64,000 bases of DNA. It comes from Felis catus (taxonomy: Eukaryota). Location: positions 123,444,001 to 123,508,000 of the forward strand of contig NC_058368.1 in the NCBI RefSeq assembly GCF_018350175.1, given 5' to 3'. A program made the translations under genes and the position numbers. Every line of letters starts with the position of its first letter. Positions within the stretch are counted from its first letter, which is position 1. Positions 51,604-64,000 of this stretch are shown in pieces. The notes under the pieces were generated by a model. It was not told the origin of the DNA and did no database searches. It saw only the letters and a list, made by a program, of their open reading frames with translations.

Positions 51604-51676
51604 CTGCGATGAGATCATCCACTGTGTCTCTGAAATCCTGCAGATCAAAGTCCGCAGCAGTTTGCAGGGACTGGTT
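51604..51676 (-). CDS. MCIDAS: MCIDAS coding exon 4 (ends at a GC donor)
   Basis: ttttttccag|[24 protein letters not shown]+G|gcaagt. The 73-nt length is needed to keep frame with exon 5. Confidence 0.9.
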
Positions 51677-54600
51677 CTGGAAAAAAAACGGAGGTGTAAA
51701 CTAGTTAATGTCAATTCCAGCAGGTCTGAAACTCGTTCCAGACCGAGTGTCGTCCTCCCGGGCTTGGCAGCGGGTCTGCACGCCCTCTCGTATGTTCGCA
51801 GCCAAGCCTCATACCTGAAAATCAAAGCCCCATTCCAGGCTTGGAATCCAGCAGGCTTGCACTGTCATGGTGGGGAGCGGGTGACTCGAAGCAGAGACCC
51901 GGCTCCAGAGGGTTCCGAAGAGCGCCGAAACTGTGCAGGCTGTTTGAGGCGTGGGTCCTTCCGAGCGCATCGTCTTGCCCCCGTCCCCACCTCCTGCAGC
52001 CCGCTGCCCCTGAGCCGCCTCATTGGCCCTCCACCAGACAACCAGCTGTCTCCGTGAGGCCCGTTGAGTTCTTCCAGCTCCCTCTGCACCTCAGTTCAAC
52101 TTACCTCCGACCCGCCACAGAGCTAGTGCCCTAAGATAAGAGAGCAGGTGTGCATATGCTCCGTCTTTCCTCCCAAGACCCTACAGCGTGGAGTGTCTCC
52201 GAAGAAATAACTTGAGGCTATATATCCCGCCAAGGTTCGGTCACAGCTAAACCACCTTCTCCCCATAAGGGAGAGAAAGGTAGGCTATGAAGAATGGGCA
52301 GGGATGGTATGGAAACTGTTTCTGTTCAGCACACAAGTGTGGACTCTATTGCTCTTTTGTTTCTCAGTAAGAAGTTTACTTTTCCCTTACAGTGTGATGC
52401 ACTCCCAACATCCTGACACCTGGTTCCTGCAAGGTGCCTGCGCGCGGCTGGCAGCCCATGAACATTCTTATTCCCTTAATTCGTGGACATTTAGAGTTGA
52501 CAAACTCTTTTACACAGAGTCCCTATGTTAATTTCCATGCCAATGTAGGAAGCAGGCAGGGCCCAGGAAGTGACTCCAACCCCTTTGATAAAGAATCTCG
52601 AGCTCAGAGAAATTGAATTGCCCCAAGTCATCCAACTCTGAAATGTGACCGGAGAGAATGATGGTAACTATTTCAGTCTTTTTTCCTCTATGCCTCACTG
52701 CCTCTAGCTTTCATCTTTTTTAAGGAGAGCCTGGCTTCCAATGAACACAGCACTGGAGAAGAGGAAAGAAGATTCTCAAGGCACATGGTGTGAGGGAAGG
52801 TATCTAATATGCCCATAAGAAATATCTATTCTATTGATTCCACTATTATCGATTGATTGATTCCTTTGGGTTAATCATACTCATCTCCCCAAAGCTTTTG
52901 TTTACTATTCAAATATTGCTGAGAAGAGGAACCTAGTCTGGCCCTCATCTCAAAGAAAGTTCAAGTATCAGCTTTCCTCAAGGAGGAAAACTTCAATCCA
53001 GGAGGCCTCAAGCACCAGTTGGGAACTGAGGCTATACGGGGCAAAGTAGCTTAGAAAGGGCTCAGACAAATCCTGAAACATTCTGTCCTGGTTGAAGGAG
53101 CTGCCTCAAATGAAACCAGACTCATTTTCCAAGGGCGGAAAGGTCCTCCTCTTAGTAGAGATTCAGCTAAAGATCTTACCACGAGGAGACTTGAGGCCAA
53201 CACGAGAACTGGAGCCCAGGAAATGCTTCCTTTGCATGCTTTCCCAGGCCCTTGACTGATTCTGGACATCAAATACTTCTAGAGAGCTTCCTCTCTCTGT
53301 TCACCTTACCCAGCAGGAAGGGGGCTAGGAAATTTGACCTGAATGTGCACTGCCCAGAGTCTTCCCAGGGGATCTTCCTCTAAGTGGTCTCTTTCTTTCT
53401 GTACCAGCTCTGTCTTCTCCAGGAAAAGTTCTGGACCTCTTGGTTCATCTGGTAGGAGCTCTGTGCTTGAAACTTTGAATCCTACCTTCCCAATTAAATA
53501 CAAATCTGGCATTTTCCCAAACTACAATGGCAGCGGGGGGATGGGGGAAGAGGTTAATATACAACATGATGTAAAATTTAAGTTGTGAATACTCAAGCAA
53601 AAATTCAACAAGATCCTGCTTGGTTTTCATTACTTGCAAAAAAAAGCATGTTGGAATAAGGGAGTGATTGGGCCTCTGGGTCAGTTGAAAGATGCTCAAG
53701 TTTTGTCTTTCCTTATTTGGGCATCCAGATATAAAAAGGAAAAAATAAAATGCCATCTACAGGGCAATGCCCACTCTCACCACTTGCCTTAACAATCTCT
53801 GCTCTCAGTGGTCACCTACCCTGAGTCCATCTGGGCTCTAACCCAATTCCAAAGGCACTTAGGGGAAGCCTGGAAAGCTGTGTTCCACCACTAACCTCGG
53901 TTCTGGGAGGTGGTCATATCTTTTGGAATGTTCAGTGCTGGGCATTTCCCCACGGACCCCATGTGCCAAGGGCCTGCTGCCAGGAAGCTGGAACCGACAC
54001 TTTTCCTGTATCTGGGCACTTCTTATCCCATTGATGAGCCAAGCAGGCTTCTGGCTTCCCAGACACCAGTGCTGGGAGGCTCCATCATCTACCCCTGGCA
54101 AGTGGTAGAAGTCGGATGGGAGGAAGAAAATAGGGTTTCGAGGAAAAAAAAAAAGTCAAAATACCTCTTTGCCCCATGAGGGTAAGTGACACGAGCCTTT
54201 GCAGGGGGAGAAAATGCCTTTTATAAAGGGCCCAATTGCTGAAGGGCCATCTCTGCAAAGAGGAACGTTTTCTGTCAGATTTCTTCCAGAGTTCTTTGAA
54301 CTTGGTCCCTCTTCCCCTAAATGTAAACTCTTTTCGTCTTTTCCAGTCTTGATCGAGTAGTTATCCTCCAATCTTCACACTCCTTAGATACCCAGGGAAT
54401 GAAAACTGTTAGTGAATAGCCAAGAAGGGAATGTGGGGGCACTGACAGGGCAGGTACCAGGTACCCAGCTCTTAAATTTGCTCCCACCTACTCGCCTGGT
54501 TCCTCAGTGCGCAATCTCCACATTGCTTTGTCACACAGCTCCAGGGAAAAGATGGGGAGAACGGGAGACCCCTTCCCAGGAGGGTAGTCCTCCAAGTGAG

Positions 54601-54828
54601 CCCCTCTGTTCCAGGTTGGTCAGAGCAGCTCTGAGAATACGGCCGTCGCCACGGACTACGAGACAGGAAGAAGTTCCGGTCCTTGGGGTTGAGATTCCAG
54701 CACTACGTCTGCCCCCACTAGCCAAACGTGCCTGCGCTCCCCACTTGAGATGAGCCTTTGCGGAAAACGAACCCTTGACTCCTGAGTCGGAATCGGGGCT
54801 GTTCGGCTTCCAGAGTGAAGGGAGATAC

Positions 54829-54920
54829 CTGCAATGTAGCCAAGTCACCACTAGGCGGCGCGTCGGACCCGAGTAGCGAGGAGCAGTCGGCGAGGTCCTG
54901 CAGGTCTATGGTGGTGAGCG
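54829..54920 (-). CDS. MCIDAS: MCIDAS coding exon 3
   Basis: cag|(A)[30 protein letters not shown]|gtatct; 92 nt. Confidence 0.94.
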
Positions 54921-55098
54921 CTGCGCGGGTAGAACCGGAGACACGCGCGGCGGACCCTGAACCTCCCGGCCAGGTCTCGCCGCTGGCATCCCCGCCAGGA
55001 CATCCGGGCCCCGGGAAGAAAAGCGCTTCCCAGCCACGCGTGCCCCACCCACCCGGTTTGGGGAACACGAGGGATCGCGCGGGAGCCACTGGGCTCAC

Positions 55099-55195
55099 CT
55101 GGCAGCGCAGAGAGCTCCGCGTCCCGCCGATCTTCGTAGACCGACACTGGGCTGCAGCCGCTGCAACCAGGCAAGAACTTCCGCGGAGGGGCGAA
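55099..55195 (-). CDS. MCIDAS: MCIDAS coding exon 2
   Basis: tag|[32 protein letters not shown]+G|gtgagc; 97 nt. Confidence 0.93.
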
Positions 55196-55282
55196 CTAGC
55201 CGGACACAGAAACGGTGAGCATGGATCAGCCCCGGGGACCCGGAGCATACGGACCCTGCCCGGCACCGGCCCGCAGCCCCAC

Positions 55283-55399
55283 CTTCTTCTCCAGCTTCCC
55301 GGGCTTGCTGAAAGGCCGGCCCCGCAGCTCCAACATCCTGTTGGGGCAGATGCTGTCGAAGGCTCGGCGTCCCGCCGCGGCGCCCCCGCACGACTGCAT
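55283..55399 (-). CDS. MCIDAS: Multicilin (MCIDAS) coding exon 1
   Basis: [39 protein letters not shown]|gtgggg. Joined CDS 117+97+92+73+224+111+441=1155 nt = 384 aa, uninterrupted. Confidence 0.95.
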
Positions 55400-55850
55400 C
55401 CTGCCTCCCCTGCCGCTTCGGCCCAGGAGCCAGGTGCCGGTTATTCGGAGGCGGCGACAGGGGCTGAGTTGGCGACCCAAACTCAGAGCTCCGCCTGGCG
55501 CCAGCAGGGGAAGGCGCGTGGCCGGGTTGGAGGCGAGGGGTGGCTGTAGAGGTGTAGAGGGAGGGCCGAGTGGAGAGGGTAGACTCGCCGAGCGGGAGGG
55601 GCGGCTCGCGCCTGAGCGCCAGAGGTGGCGCCTTCGGCCCGTGACAATCTGCGCGCGGGCGGAGGCGTTAAACCTAACCTGGCAACGAGGCTTCCCCTGG
55701 GAGCTGCGAGCGCGCGGCCCCGGCCCGCGAGCGCCCTTTTGGTGAGCGTTGGCGCCGCAGCCTCCCGGCTGTGCCAGAGGAAGGGAGGGAATGAGGGCGG
55801 AGGAACCCCACTGGTCCCTAACTGGGCACCGCCTTCCGGCTTTTGGGCAG
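55400..55850 (-). promoter_or_regulatory. MCIDAS CpG-island promoter and 5' UTR
   Basis: CpG-dense. RFX X-box half-site GTTGCCAGG (minus strand) at 55678-55686; E2F-like TTGGCGC at 55749-55755; further TGGCGCC motifs. Confidence 0.7.
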
Positions 55851-56492
55851 CAGAGATGGAGAAGTTAATGATTCTTACTTCATTTTCTTCCCACCCCAAC
55901 CATAAGGCACGAAATAAACGCAGAGTGACACTCGCCAAAGCCAGACCGCCCTGTAGGATTTGGTGGGGGTGTAGAATTATGGCAGGACTCCCCAGAACTG
56001 CCCCCGCATTAAAGAAGACCCTTCCCCCAAGGCTGGGGGCGCACTTCTGGTCTTGATTTACCGACGTGCACGTGTTTTCTCTGGGCCTGATACTCTGTAT
56101 ACCTTGTCCCACACCTTCGGAGGCAGAGACGTCTGGGTATAGCCTTTAAAAGAGGGTCAATAAAGGAAAAGCGACATCTACAAATTCTCCACCCGTTTCT
56201 GAAAATGGCACACTGGGCGATCCAAAATCCCCTAAAACCCTAGTCTCTTTCTCCCCCAAGGGCTTATCTGTCCACCTGTCCACGGCACATTTGGACGTTC
56301 TCTGTACTGCTGACATTGCTTGCTCTGGGAAGTCTTGGCTGCCCTTCCCCAGCCCCAAGCCTCTCCCAGGAAGGGGCGTCTCTAAATTCCTGGGTGAGGG
56401 GATCTCTGTCAGGACCACTCATATCTATCCAATTTGAACAATCATCTAAAATTATTTTTGTAACCTCCCATTGGGCACCTTGTTTGTATCTT

Positions 56493-58024
56493 TTTTTTTT
56501 CCTTTTCAAATTTTTATTTAAATTCTAGTTAGTTGACATACAGTGCAATATTGTTTTCAGGAGTAGAATTTAGTGATTCATCACTTACATGTAACACTCA
56601 GTGCTCATCATAACAAATGCCCTCCTTAATGTCCATCTAGCCCATTCCCCACCTCCCTCCCTCCATCAACCCTCAGTTTGTTCTCTATCTTTAAAAGTCT
56701 CTTAAGGTTTGTTTCCCTCTCTTTTTCTCCATTCCCATATGTTCATCTGTTTTGTTTCTCAAATTCCACATGAGTGAAATCATATGGTATTGTCTTTCTC
56801 TGACTTATTTTGTTTAGCATAATGAACTTTAGCTCCATTCACCTCAATGCAAATGGCAAAATTTCATTCTTTTTGATGGCTGAATCATATTCCAATATGT
56901 ACACATACCCCACATCTTCTTTATCCATTCATCATTTGGTAGGCATTTGGGTTCTCTCCATAGTTTAGCTATTGTTGGTAATGGTGCTATAAACATCTGG
57001 GTGCATGCACCCCTTCAAATCTGTATTTTTGCATCCTTTGGGTAACTACCTAGTAGTGCAGTTGCTGGATCATAGGGTAGTTCTATTTTTAACTTTTTGA
57101 GGAGCCTCCATACTGTTCTGCAAAGTGGCTGTAGCAGTTTGCATTCCCATCAACAGTGCAAGAGGGTTCCCCTTTCTCCACATCCTGGTCAACACCTGTT
57201 ATTTCTTGTCGTTAGACAAGACAGGTGTGAGGTGGTAGCTCATCATGATTTTGATTTGTATTTCCCTGATGATGAGTGATGTTGAGCATCTTTTCATGTA
57301 TCTGTTAGCCATTTGGATATCTTCTTTGGAAAGATATCCAAAGAATATGTGTCTTCTGCCCATTTCTTAACTGGATTATTTGGGTCTTTTTTGTTTTATT
57401 TTAGAGAGAGAGCATGAGCCAGGGAGAGGGGCAGAGAAAGAGAGAATCTCAAGCGGATTCCATGCTGAGTGTGGAAACCAAGACACATGACCCTGAGATC
57501 ATGACCAGAGCCAAAATCAAGAGTCGGACACTCAAAATACTGAGCCACCCAGGTGCCCCTGGATTATTTGTTTTTTGGGTGTTGAGTTTGATAAGTTCTT
57601 TATAGATTTTAGATACTAACCCTTTATCCAATATGTCATTTGCAAATATCTTCTCCCATCCCATAGGCTGCCTTTCATTTTTGTTGTTTCCTTCATTGTG
57701 CAAGCTTTTTATCTGATGAAGTCCCAATTGTTCATTTTTGCTTTTGTTTCCCTTGCCTCAGGGGAGACATATCTAGTAAGAAATTGCTCCTCCTGAGGTC
57801 AAAGAGGTCGCTGCTTGTGTTCTTCTCCAGTATTTTGATGATTTCCTGTCTCACATTTAGGTCTTTCATCCATTGTGAATTTATTTTTGTGTATGGTGTA
57901 AGACAGTGGTCCACTTTCATTCTTCTGCATGTTGCCATCTAGTTTTCCCAACACCATTTATTGAAGAGACTGTTTTTTTTCCATTGGATAGTCTTTCCTG
58001 CTTTGTTGAAGATTAGTTGACCAT
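56493..58024 (-). mobile_element. 5'-truncated L1 upstream of MCIDAS, with a nested SINE (about 57383-57558)
   Basis: ORF2 fragments ([17 protein letters not shown]); TSD ACCTTGTTTGT(A/G)TCTT at 56477-56492 and 58025-58040; nested SINE TSD CTGGATTATTTG at 57371-57382 and 57559-57570. Confidence 0.92.
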
Positions 58025-58451
58025 ACCTTGTTTGTGTCTTATACGGACTAATATTAGTGAAAATCTTCTTTTGAGGTGGCATAATCCTTTTTATTTGCAT
58101 CTATTATCTGGGTTAATAAAGACATCCCTTATACTAATGGAGATGATTCTACAATAGTAGAATTAGAATAGACTTAGAGACTTTTTTTACCCATCTATAG
58201 ATGTGGGGACCCAGTTGAGGTGAGGTTAGGCAGGTGGAGTTGGTGTGGTATCACTGATGGAGAGGAGCTCTGGCTTTAGGGTCAGAGTGCCTGAGGATTG
58301 GAACCAGGATCCACCAGATCAGTGAATCCCAGATCTTTAGGAAAAGCACTTGGCTGGCTCAGTCAGTTGGAGCATGCAACTCATAATCCTGGGCTTATGA
58401 ATTTGAGACTCACGTTGGGTGTGGAGATTCCTTTAAAAAATACAATCTTTT

Positions 58452-58670
58452 GGGGCGCCTGGGTGGAGCAGTCGGTTAAGCGTCCGACATCAGCCAGGTC
58501 ACGATCTCGAGGTCTGGGAGTTCGAGCCCCGCGTCAGGCTCTGGGCTGATGGCTCGGAGCCTGGAGCCTGTTTCTGATTCTGTGTCTCCCTCTCTCTCTG
58601 CCCCTCCCCCGTTCATGCTCTGTCTCTCTCTGTCCCAAAAATAAATAAAAAACGTTGAAAAAAAATTTAA
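58452..58670 (+). mobile_element. Very young Can-SINE inserted at the tail of an older short SINE (about 58348-58440)
   Basis: TSD AAAAAATACAATCTTT; nearly identical to the copy at 44907. Confidence 0.93.
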
Positions 58671-59781
58671 AAAAATACAATCTTTTTTGTTAAAGAAAAG
58701 GCGTTAACACTGACTTCAAAGAGGTGCTATGAAGATGAGATCATTTATGTCATGCAACTAGTGCTTGTAAGTTAATATTATTGCTGTTGTTTTAAGGAAG
58801 CTTTTCAGCTGCACCTCTAGCCTCCCACAACCTAGTCCTGGCTCTTCTGGTTCCTGAGTAGCCTAGTCACTAGCCAGTCCATCCTCCATCCCTATCCAAC
58901 TTCCCAATCTGTAAGAGGAGTAGGAGAGCTCTTAGTATTGCGTTTTGGGGAGATCTCTACACATGGAGACCAATCCCAGATTTTGCTGAATACACTCATT
59001 TTTCATCAGTGAGTTCCAAAGCATAGTATAAAAATAGAACCATTGTACACAAAAATGTGGCAAAAAGAGCTGGAATAGCATGCATATGTGACTCCTAATC
59101 TAGATGATTCTGGCCCCAACTCACCCATATCAATGTTGGCTAAGTGATGGAGTAAAAACAACTTCTCCCCAAAGTCACTCTTTTGTAGAAGAGCCAGTGG
59201 CCCTACCTCCACCTTCAATAGCCCAACTGAGGGCTCTAGATATTTTGGGACTTGAATCAGATGATATGATTTTCCTTTTCAGCATCACAGACCAGCTTTT
59301 CCTCAAACAGCTTGGGGATCACCACTTCCCTATCACTGAGAAAGTTCCTGGAGGCAGAGAAGGGATCTGAAGAGCTCAGAGTAAGTGCTCCTAGTGCTGG
59401 AGAGGATGGGGAGGATGCTTGTGAAAACACGTACAAGGTAGTTTCTCCAAATCTGCTTTGAGCTGTTTGCTTTTCATTTATGCAAATTTGTCATACATTT
59501 AAATTGATTCTAAGTTCTAAACTGAGTTTATTCCCCCAAAACTTAAGTTTTTTTAATGATACAGAAAAATTTTAAAAAACAGTGCAGTATGTTCACCTCC
59601 AATATTAACATTTTCCCATATTTGCCTTCTATTTCTTTCTCCAAGTTTTCCCCCCCCTCTGTGTAAACCACTCCCCATTTTTGTACCAGCTGCCACCAGC
59701 CGTCATTTCTTGAAGATTTGCTGTATGCCAGGACCTGTGCAGGGGGATTTGTATGGAACATCTCATTAAATTCATACTCCA

Positions 59782-60557
59782 GGGGCTCCTGGGTGGCTCA
59801 CTCAGCGGAGCGTCTGACTTCGGCTCAGGTCATGATCTCATGGTTCATGGGTTTGAGCCCCAAGTCGGCTCTGTGCTGACAGCTGAGAACCTGGAACCTG
59901 CTTCAGATTCTGTGTCTCCCTCTCTCTGCCCTTCCCCGCTCACACTCTCTCAAAAATGAATAAGTGTTTTAAAAAAAATTTTTTTACAGTCTATTTAAAT
60001 CCATACTCCAATCCTACCAAATAGGTTATTGTTTCTCCTAATTCAACAGATGAGACTTGGGCACAGAGATGAGATTTGCTCAAGGTCACCTAGCAAGTTG
60101 ACTCCAGAGCCCACTTGTCTAATCACTATTTTATACTACCTCAGGATCTCATTTGGTGTCAAGAGTGTCAGGCTCAGAGAGGTTAAGACATTTGCTGGAG
60201 TTGACAGAACTGAGATTCTGGGCCTCCAACAGATTCAGTGAGAATGAAGATGGTAAGACAGCTGTGGAGTTAACTCCAGCAAGCCTCAGTCTCCTTTCTG
60301 ACTCAGTTTCCCTACTTGTAAAATGATGCTTGTAACAGGACTGGAGGCAGGGACTGTACTGGCTCTCCAGCTATGGTCCCTGTAGTTTCTTTCTTTGTTT
60401 TTAGAGAGACAGAGAGGTAGAGCAGGAGAAAACCTTAAGCAGGCTACATGCCCAGCGCAGAGCCCAACTCGGGGCTTGATCCCACCACCCTGAGATCATG
60501 ACCTGAGCTGAAAATCAAGAGTCAGGGGCTTAGCCAACTGAGCCACCCAGGGGCCCC
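59782..60557. mobile_element. Two Can-SINEs (plus about 59782-59980; minus about 60390-60557)
   Basis: Typical heads and tails. Confidence 0.82.
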
Positions 60558-61402
60558 TATATAGTTTCTATTGAATGGAAGACACTGAGTAGATAACTTG
60601 TCTCACTCCTACCTCAGGAAGAAGGGGTTTCATTTTTGAGCATTTCCACAAACCTCTAAGTGGGGGATGTTGAGCAGTGTGGCTGAGGGTGGGACTCTGG
60701 AGTCCAATCAACTGCCTTCACATCTTGGTTCCTCTACTATTCTTTACCCACCCCGTGGGCCAGTGTTCTTCTATGGAAAATGGGATAATCAACTCAGCCT
60801 CATAGTATTGGAGGATTAAAATAATGAATGCTGAACACAGTACCTGGTCCATTTAAGCACTGAATGATAGCTATGATTACTATGTCATTGTTATCCTGGG
60901 CTCACATGCAGCAGGTGTAAGACATATGTGAACTGTTGAACCAAGTGATTGCAGGGTAAAAGGGCTGTATTTATAGTGGTCACAACTGCCTGCAATGCCT
61001 TCATTCCCAACATCTGTTAGTTGCCAGGGTAGCTCTTTCTTTACCCTAATTCATGGGCATGTATAGTCACCAAAGCTTGCCAGCTGGGCATCCTCTGCAC
61101 CCCAGCCCCTCCAGACAGCATGGCCTGCTGTGGGTTCTATTCAAGTTCACATCCCACCTTCCCTTTGGACCTCTGGGAATGAGCAGTCCTCAGCCTCATG
61201 AGAGGGTCACAGGATACAGGCCTATAAGGGACCCGCAGACCTGGTGTTCCCACATAGGTATGCTAGCTACAGAGTGGACTGAAGGGAAGCAGGACCCTTC
61301 CATCGTTAAGGACAGCCTCTATTCCCCAACTGCTTTCACCTTCCTTCCCTTGAGATAACACGGGCAATCCTAGCATTCAGACAAACCAACACAGATAGTC
61401 TT

Positions 61403-61408
61403 TTTATT
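61403..61408 (-). terminator. Candidate CCNO polyadenylation signal
   Basis: Minus-strand AATAAA about 200 nt after the stop, followed by GT-rich sequence (TGTGTTGGTTTGT). Confidence 0.7.
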
Positions 61409-61607
61409 GGGGAAAAACTCGGGTCTCTCATGTGCTCTTAGGAAAATAAATAAACAAGGAGATGCTACACTATTTGCAACCTGCAGGATGACCTCGTGAT
61501 CAAGTAGGAGCCCTGAACCCCTCTGTGGGCCAAAACAGTATTCCTTCAAAGCAATGGGAGAGGTCCAGCAGCTGGGCTAGGATAAAAAAGGAAACCCAAG
61601 GTCTCTT

Positions 61608-62096
<489 letters not shown>

Positions 62097-62461
62097 TTAA
62101 TACAGGGGCGTTCAGACCCCGCAAAGCAGCATCCAGGGCCGGACGCCCACCCCCGTATGAAATCCCGGAGAAAACTAGCACTCCCTCTGTCCCCCATCCC
62201 TTCCAGCGAGATAGCTGGGCCGTCGCCTCTGCGTTACTTCCCCTTTAATCACCTGGGGTATAGTTCCAGCGTAGTTTCTCTAACTGGACAGTAGTCCAGC
62301 TAAAAAAAGATTTGAGAAGTTTTAAAGACTTTTCCCCCCGGGGGGCTTAGAATAACAAGGCTACCAAGAGCTGTTGGGACTTACTCTTGGGACTGACTTC
62401 AGCCTATTTCTTTGGGGGCCGGGTGAAAGGACTGTTGGTTGGGGGTGGGGGAAAACTGTCA

Positions 62462-62833
<372 letters not shown>

Positions 62834-63412
62834 CTAGCGCAAAGAAGGTCTGCGTCAGGGACCAGCCAAAAAAACCTAGAGAGCTTCCCTGGAGTAAGGC
62901 ACAAAGGAGAAACGTAAATGCGCTGGTAACTGGGGAAAAACTGGGCAGCGCTGCTGCGCAGAGAGCAATGGACGGGCAAGGGGCCGGAATGCGCACATTC
63001 GTACCTGGCCCTCGGGCCGCGTGTGTATACACATTACCTTGTGTAATCCTCAGATCAATTCAGTGAGAGGAAGGGGCCCCTACTATTCAGATTAAGAAAC
63101 AAGCTCAGAATTGTTAAATAGCTTGCCCGGGGTCGGGAGGAGTCCTTACTCGAGCCTAGAAACTTTCTTGACTCGTCTGCATTCTACCGTGTCCCCGCTA
63201 ACCAGTATGGAAACTTCGGACAAGTCACTTAAGCCATCTAGGCCCCACTCTTCTCCATTTGTAAAATGAGGACGGTGGCCCGGTCCTCCAAAGCCCCTTC
63301 CCGCTTGGACTGAGAACCTCCGTGAGCGCGGGCGGGGGCGCTGCGGAGAGCAAACAGCAGAAGAAAGAGCAAGAGGAGAGGCGGTGGGGAGCTCGCTCTA
63401 CCAGCGCCTCAC

Positions 63413-63796
63413 TTGTGGCTGCCGCGCCAGCGACTCCCGCGGGTGGAAGTGGCTCTCCCTCGCCTTGCGGAAGACGTAGCAGCTCTGACCGTAGTCACGG
63501 AAGGTCTGTAGATCTAGCTGCTCCAACTGCTGGGCAGGAGCAGGTAGGGGGCTGCAGCCTAGCGCCGCGGAAGCTGCTGGACTGTCTGCACCATCAGATC
63601 CGGAGCTGGGGGACTCGAACACGTCGCAAACACCGGAGTCTCCGGGGAGTGGGCACGGGCTTAGTGGCTGCAGCGGCTGCTTCCTCCGGAGACGTGGGCG
63701 CCTGTTCTTCTTCACCGGGGCGCGGAGGTTCTGGTCGTCCCGCCTCCTAGCCCGGGCGGCGGGGCTCACGAGACTCGTGGGGCAGGGGGTCACCAT
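63413..63796 (-). CDS. CCNO: Cyclin O coding exon 1
   Basis: [15 protein letters not shown]...[14 protein letters not shown]...LARQPQ|gtgagg. Total CDS 384+186+486=1056 nt = 351 aa. Confidence 0.97.
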
Positions 63797-64000
63797 TATG
63801 CAGTCTGGTGGGCGCTCGGTGATTCCCCACCTGCGGGGAACCGAAGGCCCTCAAGAAAGTGCGAAATAGGCTGGCGAAACCGGCGGCGAGGCCCTAAGTA
63901 CTCGGCGGGCTTCTGCCCTCTACCACACCCCCGGCTTCTCACTGGCTGATTACTGAGCGGCACGAGGCCGAGTTTTCCCGGCTAAAGAACCGCTTCGGAG
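63797..64000 (-). promoter_or_regulatory. CCNO 5' UTR and CpG-island promoter (cut by the window edge)
   Basis: CpG-rich directly upstream of the ATG; imperfect E2F-like motifs TGGCGAAA at 63872-63879 and TTTCCCGG at 63974-63981. Confidence 0.6.

Noticed and set aside
55400..55480. In-frame TTG-initiated 27-aa N-terminal extension of MCIDAS
   Set aside because: The recalled orthologue starts at the ATG at 55399; an open frame in a GC-rich UTR is expected by chance.
54815..56112. Several 140-244-aa ORFs on both strands
   Set aside because: Stop-poor CpG island of MCIDAS; translations are low-complexity and rich in Arg, Pro and Gly.

Overview
Mammalian genomic DNA, very likely from a felid: it carries many tRNA-derived Can-SINEs with (CT)n plus A-rich tails and carnivore L1s, but the species cannot be fixed from sequence alone. 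The window is the conserved multiciliogenesis locus. On the minus strand it holds complete CCNO (3 exons, 351 aa), complete MCIDAS (7 exons, 384 aa) and the first two coding exons of CDC20B. CDC20B intron 2 hosts the miR-449c/b/a cluster, the antisense nested gene GPX8 (3 exons, 209 aa) and an RPL28 processed pseudogene. The CDC20B-MCIDAS interval is repeat-rich and includes a TSD-flanked full-length but dead L1 and a nested SINE/L1 stack. The locus itself is known biology. The candidates for new biology are: an uncompensated seed substitution in miR-449c; inverted SINEs bracketing miR-449a/b; an orphan CpG-rich element with E2F sites and a perfect MYB-site palindrome upstream of CDC20B; a miR-34/449 seed site and an L1-donated poly(A) signal downstream of the MCIDAS stop; and a GC-AG intron in MCIDAS. 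Gene and miRNA identities come from recalled orthologue sequences plus manual splice and frame checks; no searches were run.
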